A stretch of DNA of 64,000 bases from Phoronis australis (lineage: Eukaryota; Animalia; Phoronida). A model generated the notes under the pieces. That model did not search any database. It saw only the letters and a list, made by a program, of their open reading frames with translations, and was not told the DNA's origin. The DNA lies in NCBI GenBank assembly GCA_002633005.1, contig NMRA01000394.1, positions 186,001 to 250,000 on the forward strand, in the 5' to 3' direction. Both the position numbers and the translations under genes were made by a program. Positions 12,319-23,028 of this stretch are shown piece after piece. Each line of letters begins with the position of its first letter. Positions within the stretch are counted from its first letter, which is position 1.

Positions 12319-13808
12319 CTGAAAAAAATCAAGCAAATTAGACATGAGGTGTTACCGACAGCCAAGAGCCAGAGATGTGTTGTTCCAGTTTATGGCATAT
12401 CCTCAGTGATAACTATGCTATTTTCTTAGCTTTTGAGACCTGCACAATCACAAACTAGACCTTTAATAGGAGTTTCCATGTACACGTTCATGTGAACTTA
12501 GAGTACATGAAAGGACAAAGCTGAACAACAACACTGAGCAAACGTGAGCTCTGTTGCTTCAAAAACGACGGCTACAACGCGACTATTAAAACTGGGGAGG
12601 TAGATTGCTATTCGTAACTGTCACTAAAATCTAGTCTCTTTTACTTATCCCGTTCTGTCTGTCAAGGTTGTTCACTCACCAATCAACCAATTATGAGGCT
12701 ATTGGTTGGCATTACAAACATCGTAGTAACATTCAATGTAGATTGAACAGTGTATAAACAAATGTGTACACGTGGGCACACGTTTATATGTTCTTGATAG
12801 GTAAAGAGAGCCTATTCCTACACAACTCTCCATGATTCCAACGGATATCTCTTTCTGACAAACGAATCTCCTCCATGCATGATAGGACAACCTTCATACT
12901 GCTAAACTGCTTATTTTTTGTTTTTTAGAGTAATGGAATGTACGTCTTACACTCTAGCAATGAAGAGGATTTCAGTGCATTCTCGTTCCATTGGGCATTG
13001 CGGAAATAACCAGTCCAGTGTTACCAATCTTCCCAATATACACATGCATATACATATTCATATACTGGCTGTACTTCGGTAGCAAATTTTTCAATATGCA
13101 AACTTGATTAAATACACGACACTTGTCGTTAGTAACAGTCTTTATTCCGTTCCGTTCGTATCTTTGGAATAAAGTTCGACACTCAACAGAAAATGGGTGA
13201 AACAACTGACCAAGAGACATGATTATAAGACTCGCGATATTCTGAAACATACTTGTTTCATTCTCAAGTGTAAATAAAATGACACAGTTAATACCACGAC
13301 AGAGTAAAAGCTGGAGACATACATGTACACAGTGGGACACGACAGGTGTGAAATACTGCGAGTACTTCAAAAATCGTGAATGTTGTGATATTTCATGAAC
13401 ATTCTTTCACATGGCAAAGTGAATAACTTTGTAGTAGACGTTGCGAGATGGTACTTTCGTCAAGAATTGTTTGGCGAGCTCTTCAAGGTGTGTGATTTGG
13501 AGCAATGATTAGCCGTGTTTCGTAGAGCAAGGTACATTAAAGTATACTTGCAAGAAAATCAAATGCATTTCAAGCGAAGCACGTTATCACACTAGAGATA
13601 CACACTCGCATGTGTCTAGCGTCTACGGGACGCACCCCAAAAGTAAAAAAACTTTGTTAAAACGGGTCGCACAACTGCACCCTCTGGAAAGTACCTTCCG
13701 TCATGTTATTTTTTTGTTTAAAAAGAAGATACGCTGCAGTGATTGAACCCAGCTATTACTCAAATATTCATACGCCACAATATACTAAAAACAAGTAGGC
13801 CTACTTAC

Positions 13809-13853
13809 CAGCCTCATCCACACCATAGATTTTAATATTTGATTCTTTTCGTC
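13809..13853 (-). CDS. nAChR alpha subunit, exon 3 (45 bp): DEKNQILKSMVWMRL (loop D Trp)
   Basis: ttttcAG|GAC...CTG|GTaagt. The DEKNQ motif and 45-bp phase 0/0 size are hallmarks of nAChR genes. Confidence 0.95.
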
Positions 13854-14478
13854 CTGAAAATTAAAACATTATTACAAAGTCAGAAGTGTTTACAACACGC
13901 GATATTCCCGAACGTATACTTATTATTGTTAGCAATAACAAAAAATACATTTACACACAAATTCAATATATCATTGAACATCAAGTAATAATGGACAGCT
14001 TGATGACCCAACTTTTTCATCTATTTTCTCGGCCCCTCTCTAACTATTACGTAAATCCAGTTACTGGTAATTCCTTAAAAATCAATACAGAGCCGAACGT
14101 TCAAAAGTTCGAAATGTATCGTTTATTTTAAACGTTTTGTGACGCACATCTAACATATGAATAACTAATGCAGAGCCATAAATACTCATGCGGTACGTAT
14201 ATTGTGCGCAAAACTATTTATGTTGCTGCAAATAGCTGCAATTATAATGCAGTCCCCATGCCAAGAGTATTAAGAAGGCACACCGTGCAACATGCCAGTC
14301 GCATGGCTGTCGCACACCCCCCACAAGTGCTAAGCTTATCCCGCTCAGCTGCGTTGTGTCTGCACTTCAAGGACACTTAATACATGAACTTCCAAGCTGT
14401 CCCTGTCACAGTTGTGGGTGTTCTATCTTTAAAAAGTAGCACTGACGTTCCATTCATATGCAGTCTTACGCTCAATAA

Positions 14479-14726
14479 CACGTGCCTAATATGTAGGGGG
14501 AATTAATTTTTCGGTATGCGGACCTTTTACTGCAAAAAACCAACGAGGATTAAAAAAAAAATGGGCCACTAGGTTCAGGCCTGCGAATTGTGCATCCGCG
14601 CCGAATTCCTATGGACTTTGTGGACTTTTGTCTCGTTTGCTCGGACATTTTTTTCATTGAGGTGGATTTTTATCCCAATTCGCCAAATTGGGGGGCTCTT
14701 TCGAGCAACCCGTGGGTGCGCCCATG
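14479..14726 (+). mobile_element. ~250-bp MITE family A, copy 1
   Basis: Core GGCCACTAGGTTCAGGCCTRCGAATTGTGCATCYGCGCCGA is shared with 16286-16540 (inverted) and 53733-53980. Terminus GGGTGCGCCCATG. The left end is degraded, so the start is approximate. Confidence 0.82.
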
Positions 14727-15599
14727 AGTATCCACTCCATGAGCATCTCAACCTTGTGAGTAAGTGGTATTTACGCTGACAAGATCACAGACCCAGTACT
14801 CTTGATAGTTTTAGCCATGCACAAAACTATGCTGCGTACGTTGTTACACAGGGCATCTCTTGAAGATAATCAGCACAACAACGGTTTAGCAGCGTGACAA
14901 TATGCTTTGCGTTAATGAGGATTCGTGCAACCATACATGGTAATACGCCGAGTTACAGGTTAGATTTTTTGGCCCCATATGTTGCAGAGTAGGTACCTGT
15001 ATACATGAAACGAGGTATGAACGAACTCATAGCGAATGTCGACGTAATGCACGAATTTGTATTGAAATAGTAACGATGCTGTCGGCAGGACATTGCGCTT
15101 TTTTGTAACTTATTACAGACGTGCGCGTAGTGTGTATACCAGTACACTTGCCGAAATTCAAGGTACGACCGAGTTTTGGTGTCAGTATCGATGGTGAATT
15201 CCAAACACTCCGGGCTGAATAGAGTTCCCGAGGATGCTACGCCTAGTCTGCGACAGGCTAAACCATACGATTGTTCTCATACAAAACCAACATGACATCC
15301 TACGTCTGCAGCTTCATCACATGTGTGAATGTAAAATAATATGGCATGGGAGAAGGCTAATGTTGGAGCTCCTAAGTTAGGATACAAGAGCCTGTCTCAA
15401 CCTCCTGTGCATGACATTGTCATGTATGATGAGCTGATGATGATAGTGTGACGAAAACCTACCAAGACATGACCCTTCGTGCGACAGCCAATAGAACCAG
15501 GTGCCGTAGATGGAAAACACATTGCCTGTTGCTGTCCTTGGTTCCATATATAATAATAATAATATGTGCCCTTCTGTCTTATCTTACTTTTTGCCACTG

Positions 15600-16000
15600 T
15601 TGACACGGACTGTAGTATTCCCTGGGAAGATGTTGGCGGCTTGGGATCTTTACACGAGACCCGGGCTTTCAATGACAGTGATCTTGAGGATTGCATAGAG
15701 TATGGTATCGTCGGTTCCTCGCCCATTTCCAGTAACTTCGAAGACAATCCATATTTAATCATTGAATACGATGCTTTTTCCCTTAGGATTACCCTGATGA
15801 ATCCTTACAGTCGCGTTGGGTAGAAGCAGAGAAGAGATAATCTTTGATATAGTTATGTCTTTGTCATCCTCACCAACGGGTTCCGCGCAACATGTGTCAT
15901 CATTTACAGCTTGGTACGTCCTGGTACCTAGCGCTTAAGAACCAAGTGCTGGAACTGGCGGAGGATGGATACCATGGTGCATGGAAGAAGAATCCCAGCC
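15600..16000 (+). pseudogene. Possible highly degraded Ty3/Gypsy pol fragment (RT-RNaseH connection and integrase zinc-finger start)
   Basis: TRAF...SSPISSNFEDNPYLIIEYDAF resembles AF..LK..L.S.PVL..FD....II.TDAS. VLVPS/LKNQVLELAEDGYHG resembles VVP..LR..VL..AH.GH.G. Judged by eye only. Confidence 0.3.
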
Positions 16001-16285
16001 TGTAAGATTCCGTTGAATCTGCTGGTCCCTACAGAACCTCCGGGTAAGGAGAAATACATAAAAGCAGACTCTAGGCATGATGACATGAAATAGTTTGTTC
16101 GCGGGAAGGGCCACACTCCCAAGCATATGTGTTTTTATAAATCAATGTGCTTGTCTAGATGTCTACTTGGATTTCTTTAATTAACCGGTGGTTCCGACAG
16201 CTCAGCGAACTTGAGCGATTGCATACATTGCACTGGATGTGAGTTCCGGTCAGAATAGAGTTCTTTTCAGGCTTACAGTAAATAG

Positions 16286-16540
16286 CATGGGCGCACCCGG
16301 GGGATCGAACAAGCCCCCCAATTTGGCGTACTGGGCAAAACGGTATGCCTCAATGAAACAAAAAGTCCGAGGAAACGACACAAAAGAACACAAGGTTCTC
16401 AGGAATTCGGCGCGGATGCACAATTCGTAGGCCTGAACCTAGTGGCCGTGTTTTTTTTAGTCCTCATTGATTTTTTCAGTAAAAGGTCCGCATAACGAAA
16501 CATTGGAGCCCTCCTATATTTTAGGCTGGGTGTGCGCATG
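16286..16540 (-). mobile_element. MITE family A, copy 2, with 5-bp TSD AATAG
   Basis: TIRs CATGGGCGCACCC / GGGTGTGCGCATG, with AATAG immediately on both sides. Confidence 0.87.
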
Positions 16541-17644
16541 AATAGGTCACGTGATATTATCAACGTTTGCCATGCGAGTGTCTAATAATTCATATCTACA
16601 CTATGTCAATGCCCTGATTTATAACAGCAGGTTCATATTAAAGGATACTTCAGTAATATCGCTGTTATCTTGAGACGTTGTGTTTTGCACGATAGCGAGT
16701 GTCAAATGTTTTGAGAAGTTATGAGCTGGGACTATAGATCGAGCTTTGGCAGTACATTTCGAGGTGAACATATGTAGTTAACTACTGAAGGTTATCACAA
16801 TCATTGTATAACAAACTTCTTATACTTTTCAAGGGAGTGAAACTGCCTTTTAACCCCTCATAACCTTGCCACTGCGCTACGCGCTTGTCTTTTTCTATTT
16901 ACCATGCCAAAGCTCCGACGGAGAAAATTCAGTGAGTGACTTCGATTCTAATTCAACTATCATGTAATGTCACCGAAGCATGTTTTATCAACAAATGTCG
17001 GGATCGATATGGTAAGCGTACAATCCATTAAGCATAACACCATCGCGACAAGATAACGTGCCAAAACATATGACGGTAACATGAATTTTTGACGACAAAG
17101 CTTCAAACATCTGATTAAATGATGTCTCAGATAAAATGCGTGTAATACTGGTCACCCTTGCTCCTTTAATTCATGCGTCATTGTCCCTGAGTATGTTTGT
17201 GGTTACATCTTTACCAAGAACCAAACTCCTAAATGAGTTTGCAAGTATTTATTGTCGATCCGTAAAACACCCTTGATACATGTAATCCCAGAATCTTACC
17301 TAATGAATAAATGTTTTTGTGTTCTAAACACACGGCTATCGGAATATTCGGATTGGTGGTTTAGGGAAGAGAGAAAAAACATTAATAGTTCAAATAATTT
17401 TTAATGTTATGTAGCCAAATGACACTGAAATGGCGCGCAAAAAATATCACTCTAACACAAAACAAAGCTCCCATAATTGGCGTTACTGGTGACTATTGTG
17501 GGCCTATTCTTTCCAGGGCTAGTGGTGGGGTGTCAGATCATTTTAATGACACCAACATGCCAGAAGGAGCCAGGCAAGTTGAGGTTTCGAAGTTCTGCTG
17601 TTTGCATAGCATTATTTCTTGCTACTATTACTACCTTTCGGTTT

Positions 17645-18078
17645 ACAGCTGGCACTGTTGTTGCTACAGCTGGCACTGTTGTTGCTACAGCTAGCACTGC
17701 TGTTGCTACAGCTGGCTCTGCTGTTGCTACAGCTGGCACTGTCGTTGATGCTGCTACTGCTGGTACTGATGCTACAGCTGATATTGAAGCTGCTACAGCT
17801 GGTACTGATGTGGATTCAGCTGGTATTGGTGTTGCTACAGCCGGCACTGATGTTATTACAGTTGGTACTAGTTTTGCTACAACTGGTATCCGTACTGCTA
17901 CAGCTGGCACTGTTGTTGCTACATCTGGTCTTGATGCTACTACAGCTGGTCTAGATGCTGCTACAGCTTGTAATGGTGTTGCTACAGATGGTACTTATGC
18001 TGCTGCAGCTGGTACTCATGTTGCTACAGCAGGCACTGCTGTTGCAAACAGCTGTCATTGATGCTGCTGCGGATGGTA
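17645..18078. repeat. 21-bp minisatellite, left part (consensus GCTACAGCTGGYACTGWTGTT)
   Basis: Directly visible tandem units. They explain the overlapping low-complexity ORFs 17477, 17533 and 17619. Confidence 0.92.
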
Positions 18079-18884
18079 CACATAGTGTACCTAAATATCG
18101 GACAGGACCTAAATAGCCACGTTTTTAAAAAATCTTACCTGAATCACAATCTGAGAAATAAATGGCATCATTTTTGTTCCGCTGTAACGTATACAATGTC
18201 CGGCACTGTCTCGTTTTTATAGCGTTATCTCGTTTTGATTTCGCCCAGAAACGGTGCATATTAAACCCAAAAGTCGGTCTAAAATGAACAGTTGCGTAGA
18301 GCAGTTATAAAAGCATAAAATGAAATCCTTTTCCACAATGAAACCATCTCAATGAACACACAATACGCCTTTGATGTTTTCATTTGTTTTTAAGCTCAAG
18401 TCAAACTCTGGCCGCGCACGTGGGTGAGTCATATCAAGAAAGTATACATAGATAGACTAAAAACTGCAGTGGTATTGCATGTGGTCTGCACTGACTCGTC
18501 GAAACAAGGTGGTGCTGTTATCATATCACATTGCATTAAAATTTTGTTGCGAACAAGGATTTGTTTTAGCAGCAAATATAGCAAAACACACGAGGTGAAA
18601 TTTGGCGCCAATGTGCCTGCTGCCATTTCTTGGTTAGTCAGTTTTCCGCGGTGTGGCGTATGTGGAAACATGGTTTCCGATAATTAGGTTCTTCGTGGGT
18701 TTGCTACTTGTGCTTTTTAATATCAGTTAGAACATAAATGTGGCTTCCGGTGACAAGACATAGTAAAAGAGCAATTCCGTAAAAGCAAGTCTTTATTTCA
18801 ATAAGGAATTTACAACAGACAGTAGTTTTTCGAACTAAATATGCAGAATGAGCCGAAATGTCCGATATTTAGGTCGCCTGACTG
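18079..18884. mobile_element. Non-autonomous Tc1/mariner-type element (MITE, ~806 bp) inserted in the 21-bp minisatellite
   Basis: CA...TG ends and a 16-bp perfect inverted repeat ACCTAAATATCGGACA / TGTCCGATATTTAGGT. TA is duplicated at 18077-78 and 18885-86. Removing the element restores the host repeat unit GGT ACT GAT GTT GCT ACA. Confidence 0.85.
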
Positions 18885-19395
18885 TACTGATGTTGCTACA
18901 GCTGGTATTGATGCCACTACAGCTGACACTGGTGTTTATACAGTTGGCACTGACGTGGGTACAGCGGTTACTGATGTTGCTTTTGCTGGTGCTGGTGTTG
19001 CTACACCAGGTACTGTTGTTGGAACAGCTGGCAAGGCTGTCGCTACAGCTGGTAAGGTATGGCTACAGCTGGAACTGGCGTTCCTACAGCTTGCACTGAT
19101 GTTACTATAGTGTGGTTATACATGTCACTAATACTGCTCTTACTGATACTGCCTGTTGCTACACCTGGCACTGTTGTTGCTACACCTGGTACTGTTGTTG
19201 CTACACCTGGTACTGTTGTTGCTACACCTGGTACTGTTGTTGCTACACCTGGAACTATTTTTGTTACACCTGGTACTGTTGTTACTACATCTTACAGCTT
19301 AAATTGGGCTTGGAACAGCTGGCACCACTGTTGCTGGTATGGAGGTGGCTACATCTGCTACTGCTGTTGCTACAGCTGGTACTGCCGTGGCTACT
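18885..19395. repeat. 21-bp minisatellite, right part (includes near-perfect GCTACACCTGGTACTGTTGTT units at about 19155-19285)
   Basis: Directly visible tandem units in the same register as the left part. Confidence 0.92.
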
Positions 19396-19959
19396 CCACT
19401 GGCTGGTATTACGGATAGTGCTGTGTGTTGAGCGCACCACCTCTACACCAGCCTTGCCTTCATGTTCGTCACTGGAAGAAGCGCACTGGTTTGTTTGGAC
19501 AGTTTATTCTACGGGAGGGTGTTTTACCACCTGCAACGTTGCCTCCACGACTACCGCTAGCAGGTTTAGGCGAAGGAGTAGGAGCAGGACATTTTCGAGA
19601 ATCTGAAGGACTTCAGCATCAGAGGCCAAGGCCTGCACAGAAAGTAGGTCGCACACGTTTCGTGCGACTCGTGATAATATGCACGCTATGGAATCAGCAC
19701 CGGTTATGTGAATCATACAGATCTGAAACCTAATTAATACGACGGGTTGATGCTTTGGTCTTGTCGGTGGTGGAACAAGCATGTCGTCTCAGCAATTTGG
19801 GATAGTCAAATACGTTAAACATGCGCACTGCCCACGCAACCATTATCAGCAAGAAAATATTGTCAAGGACTGTAGATGTATAACACGTATTACTCACACG
19901 CAACGGGTAATGAAAAATAATTGCAGGCGGTCTGATACACGTTGTACCAGACATACGCA

Positions 19960-20147
19960 GGCGTGCATGTGGACCCATTGCACTGGTCACCTGGAACCAT
20001 TTTATGCTTTATTAACATATAGTTAAAACCGAGCTCAGGGGATAGAAACTTGACTCAAGGGTTTAGCAATGGGACCCAGTGGAATTCGAACCCACGACCT
20101 AGAGTAAAGAAAGCAGGCACATATCACACTAGGCCACACCGCCTCCC
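19960..20147 (-). mobile_element. tRNA-derived SINE (5' head and core-like region)
   Basis: The minus strand reads GGGAGGCGGTG-TGGCCTAGTG (A box)...GGTTCGAATTCC (B box), then CCCTTGAGTCAAGT, which resembles the conserved SINE core motif. The 3' boundary is approximate. Confidence 0.7.
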
Positions 20148-21510
20148 CTCACGCAACGGGTACACTGAATTTGTAATTCATGCAGTACATATGCTTCGCC
20201 CATAAGGAAAAGTAGGGGGAAAATGTCGACGTTTTCAGTGTAAGGAAATTTTTAAAATGTTCTAATGTGGATCTCCCAAGGATTTAATACTGTACGTATT
20301 GATTTGTCTTCGCGATTTTTACTTAAATGGTCTCACATGTGACTGGCTTGCATTATCCCATTTTTCAACTGATATTCAGCGGCTATTTTTTTCTCTCCGA
20401 AGCATGGTTTGTGCAGCATGAAATACATTAAACACCCCAATTGCTTGTGCAAGACGACGGTCATCCACCAAATTTGCCGGTCAAAAATATTTGTTGAACG
20501 AATACTAGTATATTGTAGTTAAAGTATATTCAAATGTCATTATTTTTCTTTTTTTTTCTTTCTAAAATAAGAGGAGAAGGAAGACTCGCTAATTTAATTG
20601 TTTTCTAGTATTCGCTGGTGATGAGGATAATTACTGTCATTTGGGACCCTGGTGTCCGTTTCTTACGATCTCCATTTCTCGTTGTCCGCAACCGAGTGTT
20701 TAATCTTGTGTATGCAAGCATGTAATTCCGAATTCTCAGCCGCTAACCTTCTTCTGGGAGCTGTACTTCCAGGAATCAACCTGGAAAGCATTGTTCTATC
20801 ACCAGAATCCGATGATCATCGACTTGAGAACAAACCAATCGTGACACGCGGTTACTGGCCGGAGATTTCCAACCAACACCACAAAGCGCTCATGGGCGCC
20901 TTTTCCTTAAAGTAAGGTAAAGAACAGCGCCCGTGCATGAGCACGTAACCTTGCAAAGGTTACAATTATTGAAGAATCGCCCGGCGTGTAGCTATCGCAT
21001 GCAGTCGTTTCATAAAAAAACAGAATGACGGAAAAGTAGCGGCACAGTTTTAATCAGTTAATTTTCCAATAATACATGCATTACGTATTACTTATTGGTT
21101 GTAGCGTAAAGACCAACAGGCATTAATCCCCGAGGGAAATTCTAAGTCCGTATACAGCACGCATCGTCTTCGCTAACAGTTCAGTGCTCTCTCATGTAAC
21201 GCCTCAGTGACTCATTGATTTTGGGCCGGTCTCAGACACACTCGGCCGAGTGTCTCGATAACCGACTACGGGCAAGACTTTTAATTTTTTGTTTCATCGA
21301 AAGACACTAAATAAAATTATACACGTGACTGCACACAAATCGCGTGATAGCTTATGAAGGGCCATTTGGATACATGTACATGAACGCATCAAAAATTCCT
21401 TGAACTAAATCCAGTTAGGAATACGAACTCGCCCTAAAGTCGCTGGGCAACTCAAAAGAGTTATCTGCATGCATTCAGAAATTTCGATTAATAACGGTTG
21501 AGTAGCCTAC

Positions 21511-21650
21511 CATATCGATGATTTGGTTGAGAGCTATTCCCACTTTCACCGTCACAGTATGTGAAGCATTGAGCACCGGTCGAACTGAGCTATCGTACGA
21601 GGCTGTTATGTTTCGAAGTAAGTTGTACTCGCCCGTAGAGCAAAGCATTG
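21511..21650 (-). CDS. Nicotinic acetylcholine receptor alpha subunit (alpha7/9/10-like), coding exon 2 (140 bp): xMLCSTGEYNLLRNITASYDSSVRPVLNASHTVTVKVGIALNQIIDM
   Basis: Hand translation of the minus strand. Acceptor attctttcAG, donor ATG|GTaggc. Contains the N-terminal helix and the RPV motif of Cys-loop receptors. The 140-bp size and phase 1 to phase 0 boundaries match the conserved nAChR exon 2. Not in the ORF track. Confidence 0.93.
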
Positions 21651-22992
21651 CTGAAAGAATAAAAGTGGGACTCGTTAAACATTCCCTCTGTTACAGGTGC
21701 GCATATGTAAGTATGGTGGGTCATAGGTATATCACATGGCGAAGGAATGATGTTTGGACCATGCGATAGACTTTGAGTGTGCTTTGATACCGATTCCCGT
21801 CCTAACTCAGCTTGAACATCGAAACGTCGTTCTGCGGATTGCCTTATTTTGCTAACACGTTTTTACAAATCATCCACACTTAGTTTATTAAGTATGATAT
21901 TTTGAGCAATGTTAATTTGTTCCATGAAAATGTAATTGATGACAATAAGAACTCCTCCAACTGGAAGTTTGAAGCTGCAAGCCGATCAGAGTAATCCGTG
22001 TGAAGCTGCAAGCCGATCCGAGTAACCAGTGTTGGAGTGTTCTCATGCTTTTTGTTCTGATAATTTTGCGTAGTAGTCTTCATACACTGACATTTTAACT
22101 AAGGTTATGTAGGACTCAAAAAAGGTCCAAAATAGGTTAACTGTAACATCATATCTTATCATGTCTTACCTTATTCAAATGGAACTGTTAGATACGTCTT
22201 CGGAACATATATAACAAAGTAAATTTGGGCATGTTCTTGATACCGTTGTTAATTGCAATCAATGTATTAAATTTTACTAATAGGCATGGTCACGTGGTCC
22301 AACTAAAGGCAGGTTGGTAAAAAGCTTAAAAATCACATTCACCAGCATTTTTACTTTCAGAAAATATATTACTTTCAAGTGTGTTTATTAAATGATATAA
22401 GAAATGCAGATATTTGGTTATATCAACGACTTGTCGATAAATTCCCACATGTACATAACCTGAAAATACGTCACAAACAATGAGAAATGGATGCAATGCA
22501 TTTGTTTGCACAGCAACCACAGTAAAGTAATTAAGATGATCAAACCTACTCACATGTATCACGGGTGATTCTTTTGAATTTTAGGTCACATTTTAGTTAT
22601 TGGACTTAATTGTAGTAGTTCTTTTAATCGGACTAATGGTACTTTTTGACGTTGTTATAAGTACCATATAGGCTTAGAAGTACACCTTAGGAGGCAGTCG
22701 ATGTCTTTAATTCCTTCCAACTCGAACAAAAACTCAGGTTATCTAACTTTTTCTTCGAGCAGTCCTTCGATTAGTTCCAAAAATCGGAAACTGACCATTC
22801 TTAACACTGCGCGGGGCGGGTGTATGACGTCATATCCTCTGACGAGCGCTGTGTAAAAATTTTGTTTTGTCGCGACAGTAAAACAGTAAAAAGTAAAATC
22901 TGCCGCTCAAAATACCCAGCTGGCACACAGTTGATGCGTGTTTAGTGTAAGTGCATTATCGGAAAATTCAAACGCTGCATGTTCATACTTAC

Positions 22993-23028
22993 GTAAACAT
23001 ATCAACATTATCAAGATACATTTTTCAT
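22993..23028 (-). other. Weak candidate signal-peptide exon for the nAChR gene. In frame only from the ATG at 23008 (MLICL-P); MKKCILIMLICL-P if the A5 run at 23021-23025 were A6
   Basis: Strong phase-1 donor TTAC|GTAAGT about 1.3 kb upstream of exon 2, preceded by a hydrophobic stretch. The natural-looking upstream ATG is 1 nt out of frame. Confidence 0.25.

Noticed and set aside
15566-15823. IPWEDVGGL resembles the AAA-ATPase WEDIGGL motif
   Set aside because: No Walker A motif or further AAA exons follow and no convincing splice sites were seen. Likely chance or TE debris.
17477-18061. 194-aa ORF with a hydrophobic N-terminus as an intact secreted antifreeze-like gene
   Set aside because: It starts at TTG, its length is explained by a stop-free tandem repeat, and it ends at a frameshift next to a MITE. 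Kept only as a possible relic.
17619-19606. Leu/Gln-rich and Cys/Tyr/Trp-rich ORFs (17619, 18848, 19112)
   Set aside because: These are alternative frames of the same 21-bp repeat.
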